NCBI GenBank assembly: GCA_050633525.1
Contig: JBOEGR010000027.1
Span: 21,872-85,871, forward strand
DNA from: Cellvibrionaceae bacterium
Lineage (GTDB): Bacteria; Pseudomonadota; Gammaproteobacteria; Pseudomonadales; Cellvibrionaceae
DNA: 64,000 nt
Direction of reading: 5' to 3'
This document shows, piece by piece, positions 62,319-64,000 of this stretch. The notes under the pieces are model-generated. The model made no database searches, was not told where the DNA came from, and worked only from the letters and a program-made list of their open reading frames with translations. The position numbers and the translations under genes are program-made. Every line of letters starts with the position of its first letter. The stretch's first letter is position 1.

Positions 62319-63431
62319 CTAGGCAACGTTCGTTTTATTATTCGCGTAGTGCCCACTGGCACATTGTTCTAACACACTTTCCGCTAGGCGTTTCCAATGT
62401 AAATTTTCTGGCTCACCCTCTTTTCTTTGTCCGAAAAATTGAGCAACTTGCTGCCCCTGACTATCATACAATTCCAAAGATGTAATAATTCCATCTATCG
62501 TTGGTTTTCTCACCAACCAAGCATTAGTAATACCCGTTTCTAACAAATGAAGGTTGAATTCTGGGTCTAATATATTCAACCAAGGCCCCATTGCTTTCAC
62601 TTTATTAATCTTTCCAGAGTGAATTTGTATTCCGCCTTGATTACCCACAAAACACATAATAGGTATATTTCTTTCGACAACCTGCTCCAATAGAACTTCC
62701 ATATGCTTAGCAGAAAACTCTTCCGCGTACTCATCACCCACCAGGCGAAATGCTTGCTGCCTATCTACATTGTGCTTTTTTAACAAGCCCATGAACTGGT
62801 GAACATCGGTCATTTTTTTCCAACCGGAAATCAATTCATCCCTATTCACCTTATCGTCCTTTTCAAAATCATTAACAATAGTGGCAGTATTGACTTCGAT
62901 GCTTTTTAGCTGATCATCCTCAATATAAGCAGAGACAATATTTTCATATTCACTTAAGTTACTTTCTTCTTGTAAATAAATTTTTTGGATAGCGATGCCG
63001 GCTTTACTAAAAAATTGCAAACTATAACGTTCACCTGACTTTAACGTTTCTTTCACTGCATACCCGTATTCCCACTGCGAAAAGAACAGGCGCAAATCTA
63101 TTTTTTTATCTTTAGCAATGACTAAACCCATCTTCCCGTGAATTTTGACGTTATCATAAATACCTTTACGTTCATGTACGGCATAATCATTACGCATCAG
63201 TGTCATGATATAACCTAAACGGGGAAATTCTTGTATTAACGAACCAAAATCCTTATTCAATTTTAAACTTTGCATACCTAATTGCTCATCAACCATCATC
63301 GCCTCACTCACCAACAATGCACGAGCAATATCTCGCTGCCTTGTTTTTGGGTGCCGCTCTATATACTGCTTATAGTGTTTACTCAGTGATGTTTCGATAG
63401 ATGGGCGATTAAATAATGCTGCCAAAGTCAT
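62319..63431 (-). CDS. hmuS: Hemin-degrading/heme-trafficking protein (HemS/ChuS/HmuS/PhuS family)
   Basis: 370 aa. N-terminal RQRDIARALLVSEAMMV matches the family-typical RxRDxAxxLGxSE pattern. Located between a TonB-dependent receptor and tonB. Confidence 0.8.
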   Translation of the reverse strand: MTLAALFNRPSIETSLSKHYKQYIERHPKTRQRDIARALLVSEAMMVDEQLGMQSLKLNKDFGSLIQEFPRLGYIMTLMRNDYAVHERKGIYDNVKIHGKMGLVIAKDKKIDLRLFFSQWEYGYAVKETLKSGERYSLQFFSKAGIAIQKIYLQEESNLSEYENIVSAYIEDDQLKSIEVNTATIVNDFEKDDKVNRDELISGWKKMTDVHQFMGLLKKHNVDRQQAFRLVGDEYAEEFSAKHMEVLLEQVVERNIPIMCFVGNQGGIQIHSGKINKVKAMGPWLNILDPEFNLHLLETGITNAWLVRKPTIDGIITSLELYDSQGQQVAQFFGQRKEGEPENLHWKRLAESVLEQCASGHYANNKTNVA

Positions 63432-63504
63432 TAGGCTATCCTCAATGATGTGGTTGATGCCCTTAAAGTATCTACATTAAGGGCCCGATAGTTTAGAAAA
63501 TAGT

Positions 63505-64000
63505 TTAAAAAGTAGAGCTAAGTGTTAATTTGTATGAACGTCCTTCTTCAATTAATTCAAATGCACTTTCGTCCAATACTGTTTTATTACCGACATTATC
63601 AATAGCAAAACGTACTCTTAAATCCTTATAAAGTGCTTTACTAATACCAATATCAGCCACTGTATAACCATCAATCTCTTCAGTATTTTCGAGGTTAGTG
63701 TATTGCTTACTAAGGTATCGAACGCCTGCATCAAGACCTAAACCCGCTACCGGTAGTTTGTGAAAATAATTAATTTTTGCCGTATGCTTGGCACGATCAT
63801 CTAACTCATTACCCGCGTTTTCACCCGAACGGTTTTCGGTATCAAGGTAGGTATAGCTCAGGTTTAACTTTGCAGATTGACTATCATTATAAAAAGACCA
63901 TTCTGTTTCGACACCTTGCAACAAAGCTTCTTCTACATTGGTATATTCTGCTGTTGTGACAGGAAACGGGCCACTAATATCGGTCACGGTTTCAGTTAAG
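63505..64000 (-). CDS. TonB-dependent outer-membrane receptor, C-terminal part (probable heme receptor); partial at the window edge
   Basis: Beta-barrel-type alternating pattern ending in the terminal Phe (KLTLSSTF). The frame stays open beyond the GTG at 63987 to the window end. Heme specificity is inferred from context only. Confidence 0.8.
   Translation of the reverse strand, partial: LTETVTDISGPFPVTTAEYTNVEEALLQGVETEWSFYNDSQSAKLNLSYTYLDTENRSGENAGNELDDRAKHTAKINYFHKLPVAGLGLDAGVRYLSKQYTNLENTEEIDGYTVADIGISKALYKDLRVRFAIDNVGNKTVLDESAFELIEEGRSYKLTLSSTF

Overview
AT-rich (about 40% GC by eye) chromosomal segment of a marine-type gammaproteobacterium. The gene order (lpxH-ppiB beside glnS-cysS; smc-zipA-ligA) resembles Pseudomonas/Oceanospirillales-type genomes, which is an inference. 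I support about 55 protein-coding genes. I found no rRNA, tRNA, CRISPR array, transposase, integrase, prophage or recognisable defence module. Layout: (1) 0-15 kb holds gspA/gspB, SoxR with a textbook sox box driving a flavodoxin-like reductase, flavin monooxygenase genes, and a korAB 2-oxoacid:ferredoxin oxidoreductase cluster led by a GltD-like/ferredoxin fusion. (2) 15-42 kb is mostly housekeeping: a BacNaV channel, cysS, glnS, ppiB, lpxH, yejABEF, a CspA-family gene, patatin, fadD, ligA, zipA and smc. (3) 42-50 kb is accessory: a periplasmic amidohydrolase/YtkA-like/MauG-like operon, creD and ccmHI. (4) 50-64 kb is an iron/heme island with three near-consensus Fur boxes. It contains the imelysin/DUF1111/imelysin-like/DUF1513 cluster, hmuTUV, bfd, bfr, exbBD-tonB, hmuS and a partial TonB-dependent receptor. 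I did not find a convincing, wholly new multi-gene system. The most unusual items are: a 163-bp MITE-like hairpin element that supplies the fadD stop codon; a 15-bp in-frame tandem repeat in tonB; a BacNaV channel with a TFEDWTD selectivity filter; the poorly understood imelysin/DUF1111/DUF1513 and amidohydrolase/YtkA/MauG periplasmic modules; a duplicated-repeat protein with a PD-(D/E)xK-like tail; and a Fur-box-preceded orphan gene. All coordinates and motif matches were read by eye from the sequence. No database search was possible.
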